Source: the human T2T-CHM13v2.0 reference genome, Homo sapiens. From it: a DNA stretch of 64,000 bases. A program made the translations under genes and the position numbers. Where the stretch lies: the NCBI RefSeq assembly GCF_009914755.1, contig NC_060926.1. One strand, given 5' to 3'. Of the stretch, positions 1 to 17,934 are shown in pieces. The notes below the pieces were generated by a model that saw nothing but the letters and a program-made list of their open reading frames with translations, was not told the origin of the DNA and made no database searches. Position 1 is the first letter of the stretch, and every line of letters starts with the position of its first letter.

Positions 1-1276
1 TAAAGAACATTAAGCTCACTTTTTATCCTTTCATTTTCAAGTTCTTGGGCAAGAAGCCAAAGCGCTAATATGAGTGTTCAAAAGAGAGGTTCAGGGTGGG
101 GGGTGGGAGATGGGATTGAGGGGGCATGGATTTTTCACAGTAAGAACTTGGCCTTGCAGAAGTCAACTCTTCTCATAATTTAGCCATTCTCTTTCTGTGA
201 GCTAAATTACCTTTATCTACCTCAATACCAATATTTTCTGTGCTGTCTTTGGACTCATGCATATGAACTGGCCCGTGGTATGCTCTCCTTTCTGATTGAG
301 AAATAAACCTAACGCCATGCCATGTGCAGATTTTACATAGAATCCTTTATATTAATTTACTTGCACTCTCTCAATGCAGAACCACAAGCCACTCACTCTT
401 TTCTGCCGACTATGATGTGAACTGGCTAACGTCTTTGGATGGCTGTGTCTCTGAAGATGACAGTGCTATGAACAGGGCTAGGTGCTGCTACCTCCTTGAC
501 TTTCAGGTTTGGGGATGGAGGGGCATCCTCAATATCCCGGTTTTATTCTACAGCAGCTGTGCAGAAAAGCACAAGCCTTCTATCCTGGAAGAGGTTCACA
601 ATAGAGTTCTGCCCTAGACAAGTAAAAGAAGCATCATTTTCTGCGCTACTCTACAGTGACAAAACTCTTATTTTCAACATATTTTATTTACTCTTATTTT
701 AGGGACCTTCTCAAATTTTATGGGTGATATTTTATTCCTCCAATATGTTCTTGACATGTATCTGACAATTTCAGGCAGTTAAGTACCATATTTCTATTTA
801 GTCAGCTAGTAACTACATTGCTTTACCAAAAGAACCTCACCAAAATATATCTTCCTTTTCCATCCTATCAGTCTCCTCTTTTCTTCTCTTGAATTTTCTT
901 TTCTCTTGTTTTATCTCTCACTCATGTGTGTGTGTGTGTGTCTAGAAAAACAATCTGCCAGAAGCTTTAAGCAATCGGGTTTATTGAGGCATGATTTACA
1001 AACAATAAAATCATCCTTTCTGAATTATGCAGATGGTTGTGTTTTGAGAAACACGTACAGTCATATAATAATCAAGATATAGAATATTTAGAAGATGGCC
1101 GAATAGGAACAGCTGCGGTCTACATCTCCCAGCGTGAGCAACACAGAAGACGGGTGATTTCTGCATTTCCATCTGAGGTACCGGGTTCGTCTCACTAGGG
1201 AGTGCCAGACAGTGGGTGCAGGTCAGTGGGTGCGCGCACGGTGTGCGAGCTGAAGCAGGGCCAGGCATTGCCTCAC

Positions 1277-1531
1277 TCAGGAAGCGCAAGGGGTCAGGGA
1301 GTTCCCTTTCCTAGTCAAAGAAAGGGGTGACAGACGGCACCTGGAAAATTGGGTCACTCCCACCCGAATACTGCACTTTTCCGACAGGCTTAAAAAACGG
1401 CGCACCAGGAGATTATATCCCGCACCTGGCTCGGAGGGTCCTACGCCCACGGAGTCTCGCTGATTGCTAGCACAGCAGTCTGAGATCAAACTGCAAGGCG
1501 GCAGCCAGGCTGGGGGAGGGGCGCCCGCCAT
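1277..1531 (-). CDS. ORF0: LINE-1 antisense ORF0, open, 84 aa
   Basis: Translation MAGAPPPAWLPPCSLISDCCASNQRDSVGVGPSEPG... matches primate L1 ORF0p as recalled; ATG start and no internal stop. Expression unknown. Confidence 0.8.
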   Translation of the reverse strand: MAGAPPPAWLPPCSLISDCCASNQRDSVGVGPSEPGAGYNLLVRRFLSLSEKCSIRVGVTQFSRCRLSPLSLTRKGNSLTPCAS

Positions 1532-1988
1532 TGCCCAGGCTAGCTTAGGTAAACAAAGCAGCTGGGAAGCTCAAATTGGGTGGAGCCCACCACAGCTCAA
1601 GGAGGCCTGCCTGCCTCTGTAGGCTCCACCTCTGGGGACAGGGCACAGACAAACACAAAGACAGCAGTAGTAACCTCTGCAGACTTAAATGTGCCTGTCT
1701 GACAGCTTTGAAGAGAGCAGTGGTTCTCCCAGCACGCAGCTGGAGATCTGAGAATGGGCAGACTGCCTCCTCAAGTGGGTCCCTGACCCCTGACCCCGAG
1801 CAGCCTAACTGGGAGGCACCCCCCAGCAGGGGCAGACTGACACCTCACACGGCCGGGTACTCCAACAGACCTGCAGCTGAGGGTCCTGTCTGTTAGAAGG
1901 AAAACTAACAAACAGAAAGGACATCCACACCAAAAACCCATCTGTACATCACCATCATCAAAGACCAAAAGTAGATAAAACCACAAAG

Positions 1989-3004
1989 ATGGGGAAAAAA
2001 CAGAACAGAAAAACTGGAAACTCTAAAAAGCACAGCGCCTCTCCTCCTCCAAAGGAACACAGTTCCTCACCAGCAATGGAACAAAGCTGGACAGAGAATG
2101 ACTTTGACGAGCTGAGAGAAGAAGGCTTCAGATGATCAAATTACTCCGAGCTATGGGAGGACATTCAAACCAAAGGCAAAGAAGTTGAAAACTTTGAAAA
2201 AAATTTAGAAGAATGTATAACTAGAATAACCAATACAGAGAAGTGCTTAAAGGAGCTGATGGAGCTGAAAACCAAGGCTCGAGAACTACGTGAAGAATCC
2301 AGAAGCCTCAGGAGCCGATGCGATCAACTGGAAGAAAGGGTATCAGCGATGGAAGATGAAATGAATGAAATGAAGCGAGAAGGGATGTTTAGAGAAAAAA
2401 GAATAAAAAGAAATGAGCAAAGCCTCCAAGAAATATGGGACTATGTGAAAAGACCAAATCTACGTCTCACTGGTGTACATGAAAGTGATGGGGAGAATGG
2501 AACCAAGTTGGAAAACACTCTGCAGGATATTATCCAGGAGAACGTCCCCAATCTAGCAAGGCAGGCCAACATTCAGATTCAGGAAATACAGAGAATGCCA
2601 CAAAGATACTCCTTGAGAAGAGCAACTCCAAGACACATAATTGTCAGATTCACCAAAGTTGAAATGAAGGAAAAAATGTTAAGGGCAGCGAGAGGGAAAG
2701 GTAGGGTTACCCTCAAAGGGAAGCCCATCAGACTAACAGCGGATCTCTCGGCAGAAACTCTACAAGCCAGAAGAGAGTGGGGCCAATATTCAACATTCTT
2801 AAAGAAAAGAATTTTCAACCCAGAATTTCATATCCAGCCAAACTAAGCTTCATAAGTGAAGGAGAAATAAAATCCTTTACAGACAAGCAAATGCTGAGAG
2901 ATTTTGTCACCACCAGGCCTGCCCTAAAAGAGCTCCTGAAGGAAGCGCTAAACATGGAAAGGAACAACCGGTACCAGCCGCTGCAAAATCATGCCAAAAT
3001 GTAA
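1989..3004 (+). pseudogene. L1 ORF1 (ORF1p), disrupted
   Basis: ATG at 1989 (MGKKQNRK); CpG-decay stop TGA at 2133-2135; 1-nt frameshift near 2780 (ORF track 2259..2846 then 2777..3004). Confidence 0.93.
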
Positions 3005-3067
3005 AGACCATCGAGACTAGGAAGAAACTGCATCAACTAACGAGCAAAATCACCAGCTAACATCATC

Positions 3068-6923
<3,856 letters not shown>

Positions 6924-7833
6924 ACATTGAGAACACATGGACACAGGAAGGGGAACATCACACTCTGGGGACTGTTGTGGGGTGGGGGGGAGGGGGGAGG
7001 GATAGCATTGGGAGATATACCTAATGCTAGATGATGAGTTAGTGGGTGCAGTGCACCAGCATGGCACATGTATACATATGTAACTAACCTGCACCTTGTG
7101 CACATGTACCTTAAAACTTAAAGTATAATAAAAAATATATTTAAATCACCCCAGAAAGCTTCCTCCTGTCCCTTTGTAGTCAATCTCTTTTCCCCAACCC
7201 CAGCCCCGAGCACCACTGATCCGGTTTGCTTTTTCCATATTGCCATGTAAACGAAACCATACAGTATACAACCTTTTGAATCTGACTTCTTTTACTCAGC
7301 GCAATGCATTTGAAACTTATCCGTGTTCTTCCACACATCAGTTCCTTTATATTGATAGGAAAAATTCCATTGTGTGGCTATACCACCATTTGTTTATCCA
7401 TTGAAGGACACTTGGATTGTTTCCAGTTTTTTGGAATTTAGGAATGAAGCTGTTATAAGCATTTGCATTCAAGTCTTTGTATGCATAGCTTTTTAAAAAC
7501 AGTTGATGCATTAGCTTATGTGCCTGTAGGAAAGCAAAGAAATACTGAAGGAGAAAAATCTAACGTGTATTTTTTGGAGACAGGCTGACACTGGGAGAGA
7601 AAGAAAGAAGAGAGTGAGTTTGTGCATGAGCTTGTGAAAGAAAATGAATGTTGGAATGTTTGTCTATGTTTAGAGACTTTATTGCTAGGAGGAAGGTGGA
7701 AATGTAAACAGATTGGCAGTAGTTGGTGGAACCAGTGTCATGCTGTCTCAGAGAGATACAATCATACAGTGAGGTGTTGTGACACATAAATATTTGTTGA
7801 GTAAACAAAAAGATAGAAATTGAAATCCATATC

Positions 7834-8134
7834 AGCTGAGCACTGTAGCTCACCCCTGTAATCCCAGCGCTTTGGGAAGCCGAGGCAGGAGGGCTGCTTG
7901 ATTCCAGGAGTTTGTGATCAGCCTGGAAAAGAAAGTGAGACCTCATCTCTACAAAAAATAAGCCAAATTATCCAGGTGTGGTAGCACATGCCTGTAGTCT
8001 CAGCTACTTGGGAGACTGAGGTGAGAGAATCCTTGAGCCCAGAACACGAAGGCTGCAGTGAGCCATGATTGCACCACTGCACTCCAGCCTGGGCAATAGA
8101 GCGAGATCCTCTCTAGGGAAAAAAAAAAAAAAAA
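7834..8134 (+). mobile_element. Alu (AluJ-type)
   Basis: Dimeric Alu with A tail; TSD gaaatccat at 7822 and 8135. Confidence 0.93.
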
Positions 8135-8974
8135 GAAATCCATGATCATTGACACAAGGGGTTGGTTTTATTTGAAGGACTGAATAGAGGGTCCTGATTT
8201 TGTGAAAAGAATTTCAGATACATGGCTTTCTAGTTTTCAAAGGACAAAATAAAATAAACATACCACAAACATTACACTACAGATAATTAAATCGATCTTT
8301 GTTGAATCTAAATTATGAACATAGAAACTCAAAGACTCCTGGATTTTAAGTGCCATAGATGAAATGCTGTCCAGCCGTGGAGATCCCCCGAGCATCTTTT
8401 AGTTTATCTGTTGGCTTCCCAGGAGTTTCACTGTGTTGGTGGTACCAGCCCTCTCCTACCCTCCACAAGACCCAAACCAACCACCACCCTGGCCGCCTGG
8501 AAAACCCAGCCTCCTACCTCACTGTGGTGACTGAGGCAACCTCTTGTGAGTTCTCTTACTATTCTACTCCACATCTCTCTACTTCTTTAACAGAGCTTCC
8601 TTTCTTCCTTCATTTCTGTTAGGGATGAGGAAGCACTATGGAGGGACCATGTAATTTCTCATTCAAACCAGGATACTTCCGAGAGTGAAAGGACACACAA
8701 GTCACACTTACACAAGCACACGATACACTAGGACTGTGTGGGCACAGTGTACAACAACTGTCCTGGGCGAGCCGGCACCTGTGGTCACCCTGGAAAGTAG
8801 AAACTTTCTTTGCCCAGAATACTTTTCTGCCTCTGCTTTGGTTATACTTTATGTCTTCTCCAGGACTTGGTTCCACCAATTTATTTCCTCTTATTATTTC
8901 TCAGTTTGTCCATTAGTTTATTCACTGAATATTCAAAAAAGTGCCTATTATGTCAAGATTGTCTCTAACAATCC

Positions 8975-9267
8975 TTTTTTTTTTTTTTTTTTGGAGATGG
9001 GGTTTCATTCATTCTTTTGCCCAAGCTGGATTCAGTGGCATAATCATGCCTCACTGCAGCCTCGAACTCCCAGACTCAAGTGATCCTTCCATCTCAGCCT
9101 CCTGAGTAGCTAGGAGTACAGGCACATGCCATCATGCCCAGCTAATTTTTTTTTTTTTTTTTTAGAGACAGGGTCTCACTATACTGCTCAGGCTGGTCTC
9201 AAACTCTTGGGCTCCAGTGATCCTCCCTCCTTGGTCTCCGGGAGTGCTGGAATCACCACATTTGGCT
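8975..9267 (-). mobile_element. Alu (AluJ-type)
   Basis: Poly-T, then antisense Alu right and left arms. Confidence 0.9.
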
Positions 9268-9399
9268 GACAATTCATTTTTAATGGTAGCTTAGGAGCTC
9301 ATAATTTTATTCTGCATTCCCTCTCTCACAGAATGTGGAGGGTTGCAAAATTTTTACCATTTTAAATAATCTCTGTCATATCCTCATTATCTCCACCAT

Positions 9400-10115
9400 C
9401 AGATGCATCCAATGTACCATCACCTCTCTCTCTGATTTTGTGATAGCTTCCAAACCAATTTTCCTGCTTTCTCAACTGCTGCCCCCAACCCCCACCAAAT
9501 CCACCCTCCATATAGCAACCAAAGTAATGTTCTAAAGTACAAATTAGATCACATATCTCCCCTTTCAAAATCCTTCAATGACTTCCCATTGTAGTTCCAA
9601 CCTCCTCACCATGCCTGACAAAGTCCTACTTGGATGGCCAATGCCGACCTCACCTCCATCAACACACCACTGCCACCTTCTTCCCCCACCTTCCCATACC
9701 ACCCTGCCCCCTTGGGTTACTCTTCTGTAGTTTCCTGGACTTCTGTCAGTTCTTCAAATGTGCTAAGCTCTTTCTTCCCCAAAGACTTTTACATTTGCTG
9801 TCTCCTACACCTGTTTTTTTGTTTGTTTGGAAAATTATCTCCTTTATAGACTTCAGGTCCTAGTTTAAATGTCATCTCTTAAGAAAAGCCTTCCCTGACT
9901 ATCATCTGACTGTCATAGCTTTCCTGTTTATTTTCTTCATACACATTTAACAGTCTCTAATTATCATCTTTATTGATTTGGTTACTTATTTACCACCTGT
10001 CTTTCCTATGAGAGTGCAAGCTCCATGAAGGCAGAGGTTATATCTGGCTTGTGCATTCCTGTATCAACCCATCCTTACTGTAACTAGAACCTGCTGGGTG
10101 CTTGATAAATATTGA
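9400..10115 (+). mobile_element. L2 fragment
   Basis: L2 3'-end-like motifs (tgcaagctccatgaaggcagagg...tgcttgataaatattg); boundaries approximate. Confidence 0.65.
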
Positions 10116-10149
10116 GCAAGTAATTGCAAATTATAAATGACTTAATACA

Positions 10150-11710
10150 TAGAGTCTTTAGGTATAGCTTTAATTTGTAGGGAAAAATTTTCTAGAAATG
10201 GGATTTTTGATTCAAAAGGATTATACTTTTTTGTTGCCTTTGACATGTGTCAAAGAAATTTTGGCAATTTATATCACCTCCAGCAGTATGGGTGTTAATT
10301 TACTACTTAATGTTTATTTTGTCAGATAGGTAGGTGAAAATCGTATCTTGCTACTGATATCATTTGCATTTCTTTGATGACTAGTGAAATTAAACATCTT
10401 CTTATAATGTGAGACATCTGTATTTCTTTTCATATTCTGTGTGTTGTGTTAATTGCCTATTCTTATCCATTTTTCAGAAAGTCTGCCAATTAAAAAATTT
10501 TGATTTTTAAGAGCTGTATTAGGGACACTAAAACTTGTCTATTAAAATGTTGCAAATACTTTTCTAGATTACCATTTAACTTTTAACCTTGTTACAGTTG
10601 TCTAACAAAGAAATTTTAAATGTTTATGTAGTTGAAGAAATCAGTTTTCCTTTGGGATTTCTACTTTTAGTCTCATGGAAAGCACTTTCCCATCCAAAGA
10701 TCATATGAGGATTTCCTCTTAATATTTTAATGTTTTTATTTATACATATTATATACTTATATAACATTTTATATTTAAATACAAAATGGTGTTTTATGAG
10801 GTAGATTTAATTTCAGTTTTTTCAACTATCAAAATTGTTTATTGAATAATTCATCCTTGCCTCAGTAATTTAAAATAGCTTGTTTACCATATTAAAATCT
10901 TTTCTAAATGGCTCTAATTCTGAATGTTTCATTTGGCTCAATGAGTTTCTTTGGCTTCTCTGGCACTGTTTACCATACTGCCGTACTTAATATAGCTTAA
11001 AATTGTTAATATATGGGATGACACCTTTCTCCTCATTGCTTCACTTTTTTGCCATTTTCTTTTCTTTTTTCTTTTTTGTTTTTTTAAGAGACACGGTGTC
11101 ATTCTGTCACCCAGGCTGGAGTGCAGTGGTGCAATGGTAGCTCCCTATAACCTCAGAGTCCTGGGCTCACACAATCCTCCCACCTCAGCCTCCTGAATAC
11201 ATCATACTACAGGCACACATTACCATGACTGGTTAATTTTTGTTTAAAGCATTTTTGGTAGATTTGGGGTCTCACTGTGTTGCCCAGGCTTGTCTCAAAC
11301 TGAAACATTTATTTATTCAGGTGATCTTAAATATCATGTTTGTCAAATTTCACAAAAATCCATACAGCAGTTTAAAAAGAATTGCATTCCATTTACGGAT
11401 TAATATAGGTATAACTCACCTTTAATAAGATGAGGTTTCTCATTTAAAAATATGGTAATTTTAAGATTTGTGGAAGTCTTTTTTATAATCTTGCTGATGC
11501 TTAAGGTCTTTCATATAATTCTTATTAGTTTATGATTTTAAAAATTTTGTTTGCTACTTTGAATGGATTGCTTTTTTTCTTGCATTTTTTAAACTAGCTG
11601 TTGTTAGTGTGTTGGAACGCTATGATTTTAGTACACATATTTCTGAAAATGGCCAACTTGTTAAACTTCTTACTCATCCTTGGAGGTTTGTTTCTTGTGC
11701 TGTTTTCCTG
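10150..11710 (-). mobile_element. Highly decayed L1M(E) fragments, interrupted by an Alu
   Basis: Antisense L1 3' motifs (catttgcatttctttgatgactagtg, ttgcaaatacttttct). Confidence 0.55.
11055..11301 (-). mobile_element. Truncated Alu (AluJ-type)
   Basis: T-rich tail, right arm and partial left arm ending ...tgtctcaaact. Confidence 0.85.
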
Positions 11711-11914
11711 GTCAAAAAAATATAATTAGAAAAGAGTGATAAAGTTGCCTCTTCCTTCCATCCTCCCTTCATCACAGTTATTCTGTAACACTTTTGCCTC
11801 ACATAGAAGCAAGAGCTTCCTGAAGTTCCTCTTCATTCCTGTTACTCTTCACTCTACCCTACACAGCGCTGACCAATCTAACCACTCTCTATTCAAAAAT
11901 ATCCAGAATGTTCT

Positions 11915-13435
11915 CTTTTTCATTTATTCTTTTATTTCTCAAATCCTTATTGAGCACCCAGAATGTGCCAGGCAATACCAGCAATCAATAAAACCAACAT
12001 GATCTTTGCCCTATGAGTTTTCCATCTAGATGGAAGAATGACAGTGTTAAACATACCAACCAGCAAGTAAGCATACGGCTTCAAATGGGAATGAGTGCTT
12101 TTGCAGAAAAGAATCGGCACTCCCGCAGAGCATTCTAGGTCGGAGAAGTCCCTAGGAGGAAATAATCTTTCAACTGTGACAGGCGAGTTGAATAGAATTT
12201 GGCCAGGGGAAGAGCAGGAGCTTATTTCCAAAAGATGGAAAGTAGGTGCAAAGACCCGAAGGCACAAAAGAATGTGGTGATTTTGAGAAACAGGAGAAAG
12301 GTCAGTGTGTCTGCAGCACAGTGAATCGTGGCTATGTAGTAAAAGACTGGCCTGTTTGATCAAGTTTGAGGCTGGTCACCTCAAAGATTTTGAATTTTAT
12401 CCTAAGTGCAATAGGAAGCCATGGAGGGGTTTAAGGGTGGGAATAACATGATGATGTGATTTGCATTTCAGAAGGCTGTCTCTGCTCCTGAATTATCTCA
12501 TCATTTAATCAATTATAGATTTGTATTTACTCCTTATGCCCAAGGTATCAGTTAGGGATTAGTCCTTGTTCGTTAAAAACTTACTGACTTATAATCAACT
12601 TCAGGAATTCACTGAACATTTATTGAGCACCTAATCTTTGGCCAAGCATTATGATAAGTACTAGGGACACAAATATATGTAAGAAAAGATCCCTCAGGGA
12701 GTTCACACCTAATGAGGAGAGACAGAGGTCTAAATATAATTAAGATTCAATGCAATTTGACACATACTGCAACAGTTATACATAATACACTATAGAATCA
12801 GAATAAAGGGGCCATAATTCTGGTGGGAGCCAGAGTGCAGGACAGAGGCAGGAGAGATCAGAGGTGAGACAGCATCACAAAGGAAGTGATGCTGAAAAGG
12901 AATCTTGACAATTAACTTCCTTAAAATGAAGAGATAAAAGAACAGTCTGCACATCTCTCTCAGGTGTGAAGGAGAGAATGAGACATTCGAGGCAATGATA
13001 AATGTCAGTAGACAGACTTTAGAGAGCAAGTGAGTGCAGGGAAGATGAGGCTGAACCTGTGAATAGGGATATAGAGGAGGGAGGGGATTGTATCCTCAGA
13101 AAGACATTTATTTTATCTAGGAGGAAATGGACATCATTGAAGGATGCTAAATAAGGAAGTGAGAGGATCAGATTTATTTTTACAAAAATGTAAATCTGGT
13201 GGTCTGTAGGGATAGCAGAAACTATTAAGAGGGGTGAGAAATAGAGAGCCAGTGTTGTGGTAGGAGAAATGGAGAGGAGGGAAGAAGTATGAGCAATGCC
13301 AGGTCTCAGGACAGGTCCTAGACTAGGGGGGTGAGGTGGAGGAAGGAACCTGAGGGAATCCATAGTAAATGAGGAAGATATTGACTAAGATGCATTGGAT
13401 GGTTGGTTTGGGGGGAAAAGGATGAGTGCATCTGA
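11915..13435 (-). mobile_element. Two or more antisense L2 fragments
   Basis: L2 tail-like starts at ~11920 and ~12610 (atttattgagcacc) and typical L2 body sequence. Confidence 0.6.
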
Positions 13436-13454
13436 GAACATGTTGCTTTAAAGG

Positions 13455-13640
13455 AGGGTTTGCCACACATTTTTGCTAAGGGGCCTGATAGTAAATATTT
13501 CAGTCTTTGTTGGACATGTGGTCTCTGTTACAGCTACTCAACTCTCTTTGTAGGATGAAGGTAGCCATAGATAATATGTGAATGATAGGTGTGGCTATAT
13601 TCCACTATAATGGGACGGGGAGTGGGTGAGATTTAGCCCC
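13455..13640 (+). mobile_element. MER58-like hAT-Charlie MITE
   Basis: gggcctgatagtaaatatttcagtctttg...ctactcaactct...gccatagataatatgt motif. Confidence 0.65.
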
Positions 13641-15156
13641 CTTGATTAAGACCTCTGGGGGACTTTCAGATGCAGATGACTACTAGGTATTTGGATAAAT
13701 CAATCTGAAACTCAGGAGAGGAACTCAGGTTTAGAGAACAAAGTTCAGAAGAAGTCAGTATATAGATCATAGGTCACTCACTGAGAGCCCAATTCCCAGC
13801 TAGTAAAGGTGATTTTTTGGCTCAGAAAAACATATACATTACTTAAACTTAAATTTGAATGCCGTTAGGCAGGTAAGAGCTGTTTATTTTACCATGAACC
13901 CTGCCATTCCTTATTATACCTACCCACTCATATTTTTATGTTTTTATGTTTCCTTTCCATTCCCTGTTGTCATTTAGTTTTCAACACATCATATTACTAA
14001 CATTTGGTATTGGGAGTAGAAAAGGATGGTCAAGTACAAAACTTGAAGAATACCAACATTTAAAAAGGAAGAAGTAGAAGAATTTGCAAGAAAAGAGCAA
14101 GAAATGGCCCTTGATTATATTGCTTGAATGTATTGTTCTCTTAGAGCCTTTTATTGTACTAACCATTGGCTTCCCAATGAATTTATAAATCCCTGAGGCC
14201 TGAGACTCCTTGTTTCTTACACTATAGCATTTCTCACAAATTCTAACACGGTAATAAATGCATCGCCAACATTCAACAAAGAATCATTGATTGGACATGA
14301 CTTGCTCTCAAGATAGAAAGATTACTAGCTGGTGCTTTAAGGAAATACCATGTTTTGGTTTCATATTTTGTTTTTTGGAGCTTCAGTTGTGTGACCAGGT
14401 TCTCCACAGTAGCCTTCCCACCCTCCCCGAGCCCACTCCCCTCCCGACAAATCTATTATCCATTGGCAATCCCCTGTAACGCTAGAACCAATCCATCCTA
14501 CCACACTTGGAGTTTCTCTCAAGTGTTCTACTTTCTCTTTGATAACTTCTCTTATTTCCTACTTATTTCTTCCTATGTATTGCCAGTTTGACCAAAAAAA
14601 AAAAAGAATTATTTAATGGTTTTTACAAAAAGTGTGCATAAAAACAACTTCCCTCAATTTAACCAAAATAGTGCTTAGTATATCTTCAAACTGCTTTTCT
14701 GGTAAGAACTAATTTCATTGCTTTTCAAAGAATCCACACTAAACAGTTAAGCAACCGAATCTCCACTGGGCAGCTGGGCAGATTGAATCTGTAGGTTAAG
14801 GGCTGGCCAAACATCCCTGAAGAAGTCACTGCCTCAGGCTCTGTGAAGCTCTTTCCACAGGGCTCCCATCATCCCTCAACACCTGGACTCATTTTGACTG
14901 ACTCCACATTAGACACAAGACTCAATGTAGAAAGAGTTGGTGCCAAAAGTCTTCTGTTAGGAAACTTTCAATGGAGCAATTCCCTCCATTTTCAATGGTG
15001 AATTTACCCTTTCCAGAGTATAAGGTGGCCCTTGCCTAATGAACCTTCTTAGAAGTAGACTTTCATGTCCAGTGACATGAAAATTAGTGCACATGTTAGG
15101 GAGTTTACTTACCTTCATGTAACTCTTTAATGACAGACATTCAAATATGAGAATAG

Positions 15157-15556
<400 letters not shown>

Positions 15557-17934
15557 TTAAGCTAATAAAATGCTATTCAAATTCTATACCATTCAAGAGT
15601 ATCAGCATCTTCTTGCATAATAAGGTATATCTCACATGAAACACAAAGACATCTTTTTGGAGCATAGCAATTCACTTAGGGTTTCAGAAAAAAAACAGCT
15701 CTCCCTCTGAATAATTTGTAAATCTAAACTATAATAGAAGAAGAGACGTGTATTAATAAACATGAGCCTAACCTTTCAAATACATTTCATTTTACTGTAT
15801 GCCCACAGCAGCTGGTAACCTTCTGACATTCTTATCTTCTAACTTTTTGTTTTCTATCCATCTGTTAAGTATTAAACAATGTCAATTCTGCCCTCACAAC
15901 TCTAGCTCTACCCCCATCAAACTAGACTAAATAGAACTAAATTCAATTACTACATTAAGATATATTCTGCCTTACTGAAAAACAAAATATCTCCTTTTTA
16001 CTTTAAATCAAAAGGCATGCTAGAGCTGTGTCCCTTCTGATAACTGCAGCTTCTGAGAGAGAAGAGGTAAAACCGGAGGTACATGCATTTCTTCTTGTGT
16101 ACTTTCTATGAAACTTGCTCTTAGGAACATAACTCCCTCCATCTGAGATGTTATCAAAGGTAGCTTAGGAACTTGCCTATTTTGACCACGATTGTATCAT
16201 GCAGAATCAAAGACAGCAAACTGGGGATGTGTTGGGAAACAGTTTGAAGGTCCCCAGGAGCAGGGAAAGTACTCTGGCCATAAAGCTCCCATTTTATTCC
16301 TGTTCCACATAGCCTGCTGTGGAACTGGCAAAAGGATTCCTGAAAGAAGAGGCATTACTATACAAATTTGTGTAATACAAATACTTAACAAGAATAAGTT
16401 ACAATGATTTTGCATTAGCAAATGTAATCCACCAAATCCAATGACCACTATTCAGTGGCCATCCAGCTGTCCCACCCCAAGTCATGAAAGGAGCTACAAC
16501 TGGACTAGCAGGAAAATGAGAGGTATTCATTTATGGGCTAACTAATCAATGGGGCTGAGTACTAGTTAGGGTGGGAATAAATGACATTTTAGGTGGGAAT
16601 AACTGACATTCTAAGACTCTCATTGCTGTAAGGAAGACAAGAAACACTTGCTTTCCATTCAAGATATGAGATAAAGTTTCCATTTTTAAATAGTTCTTTT
16701 AAAATATAAAAGAGGATTGGGCATAGCAAAAATCATGACAGTCAACAGAAATGCCTGAAGTTTGGGAGACACTGACATGAAAGAAAATGAAGCCCTGGAA
16801 GACGGCTTAGATTGACCTTTAATTTCCTACTAACTGACCCTCTCACACCTTTCTCTATGGCCAGCCCCAGGCATGTGAGCTGGAAGCTAGAGCATCTATT
16901 TGGTTATGTGGAAATCCAAGAGATATCTGCCTCTCCCGACCCTACCCCCCAGTTCCTGCACCTTCTTGGGTGTAGACCAGAAGAAAATAGATTTCTGTTG
17001 AGCCACAGGATTGTGCTACTGTCATGGTTCAATCCCAATGTTAAGATCCCAGAACTCCCAACAGAGAAAGCCAAGGTAAGACAGGCATCATCTTATATGT
17101 AAGTTCCCCTGGGTGAGAAAACCCAGCCAGGACTCCCATTTAGGAGGAGGCTATGCCTCTAGGTCATGGCCTGTGTGCTTTTCAGGCCCATGGAGGTGAC
17201 CTTCAACTTAGAGCCACTGGCATGGTGTGCCTGAATCCGAGCAGGCTGGGGGGAGGTGCCCCCCTCCTTACCCTCGTGCAGCAGGCACCCCCTGGGTTTC
17301 TGAATCATCAGCCTCCTGATGGTGATCAGAGCGCCAAGAAGGGACTAATTTAAAAACCAAACAATGTGGTAATTGCCCCTGGTCACCAGGTTGCCTTGCT
17401 TTTGGAGGGCCGCTGTTTCCTATTAGTGGAGCCTGGATCCGATGAGGACTAACAAAGTGTAACGAATGATCAAAGCGACAGTTACAACAGCACGAGTGCC
17501 CAGTGATTGATCTGGATGACATAATAATGATAACCAATGAGGTGAGGCAGGCGGTGGTCCCCTCCAGGTAAGGATGGCAGTGGGCCTGGACTGGTCAGGA
17601 CTTTACTCTGTTTAGGGAAAAGAAGGTCACAGGGTGGAAGCAAGCCACGTGGAAAGGAAAGAAGGAAGCACTCACACCCAAAGCCTTTGGATGGGAGGAG
17701 AACGGGGTAGCCATGGCTGAAAATGAGATTCCTATTCAATGACAGAGATAAAGATTACTGGTCCTGGAATATCGCTAACACAACTCTTAGGGTACTGCAT
17801 AAAAGCATTTATTATGAAGACAACTCAGCTGTCTGTAAATAATTGAGATGAAAAGAGGGCTCATTTTAAAGTGACTTTTGATAGTCATGTTTTCTGAATA
17901 GCACAGGAATGACCTCTTTAAAAACCAACAGAAA

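Noticed and set aside
94-125. G-run cluster (potential G-quadruplex); another in the L1 3'UTR ~6967-7001
   Set aside because: Frequent motif; the L1 one is already well known.
1771-1986. 71-aa antisense ORF in the L1 5'UTR with the same length as ORF0
   Set aside because: The sequence is not ORF0 (that is 1277-1531) and the start is non-ATG.
16568-16610. ~22-bp tandem duplication (ggtgggaataa-tgacatt); similar short ones at 50429-50464 and ~51750-51800
   Set aside because: Common replication-slippage products with no further structure.
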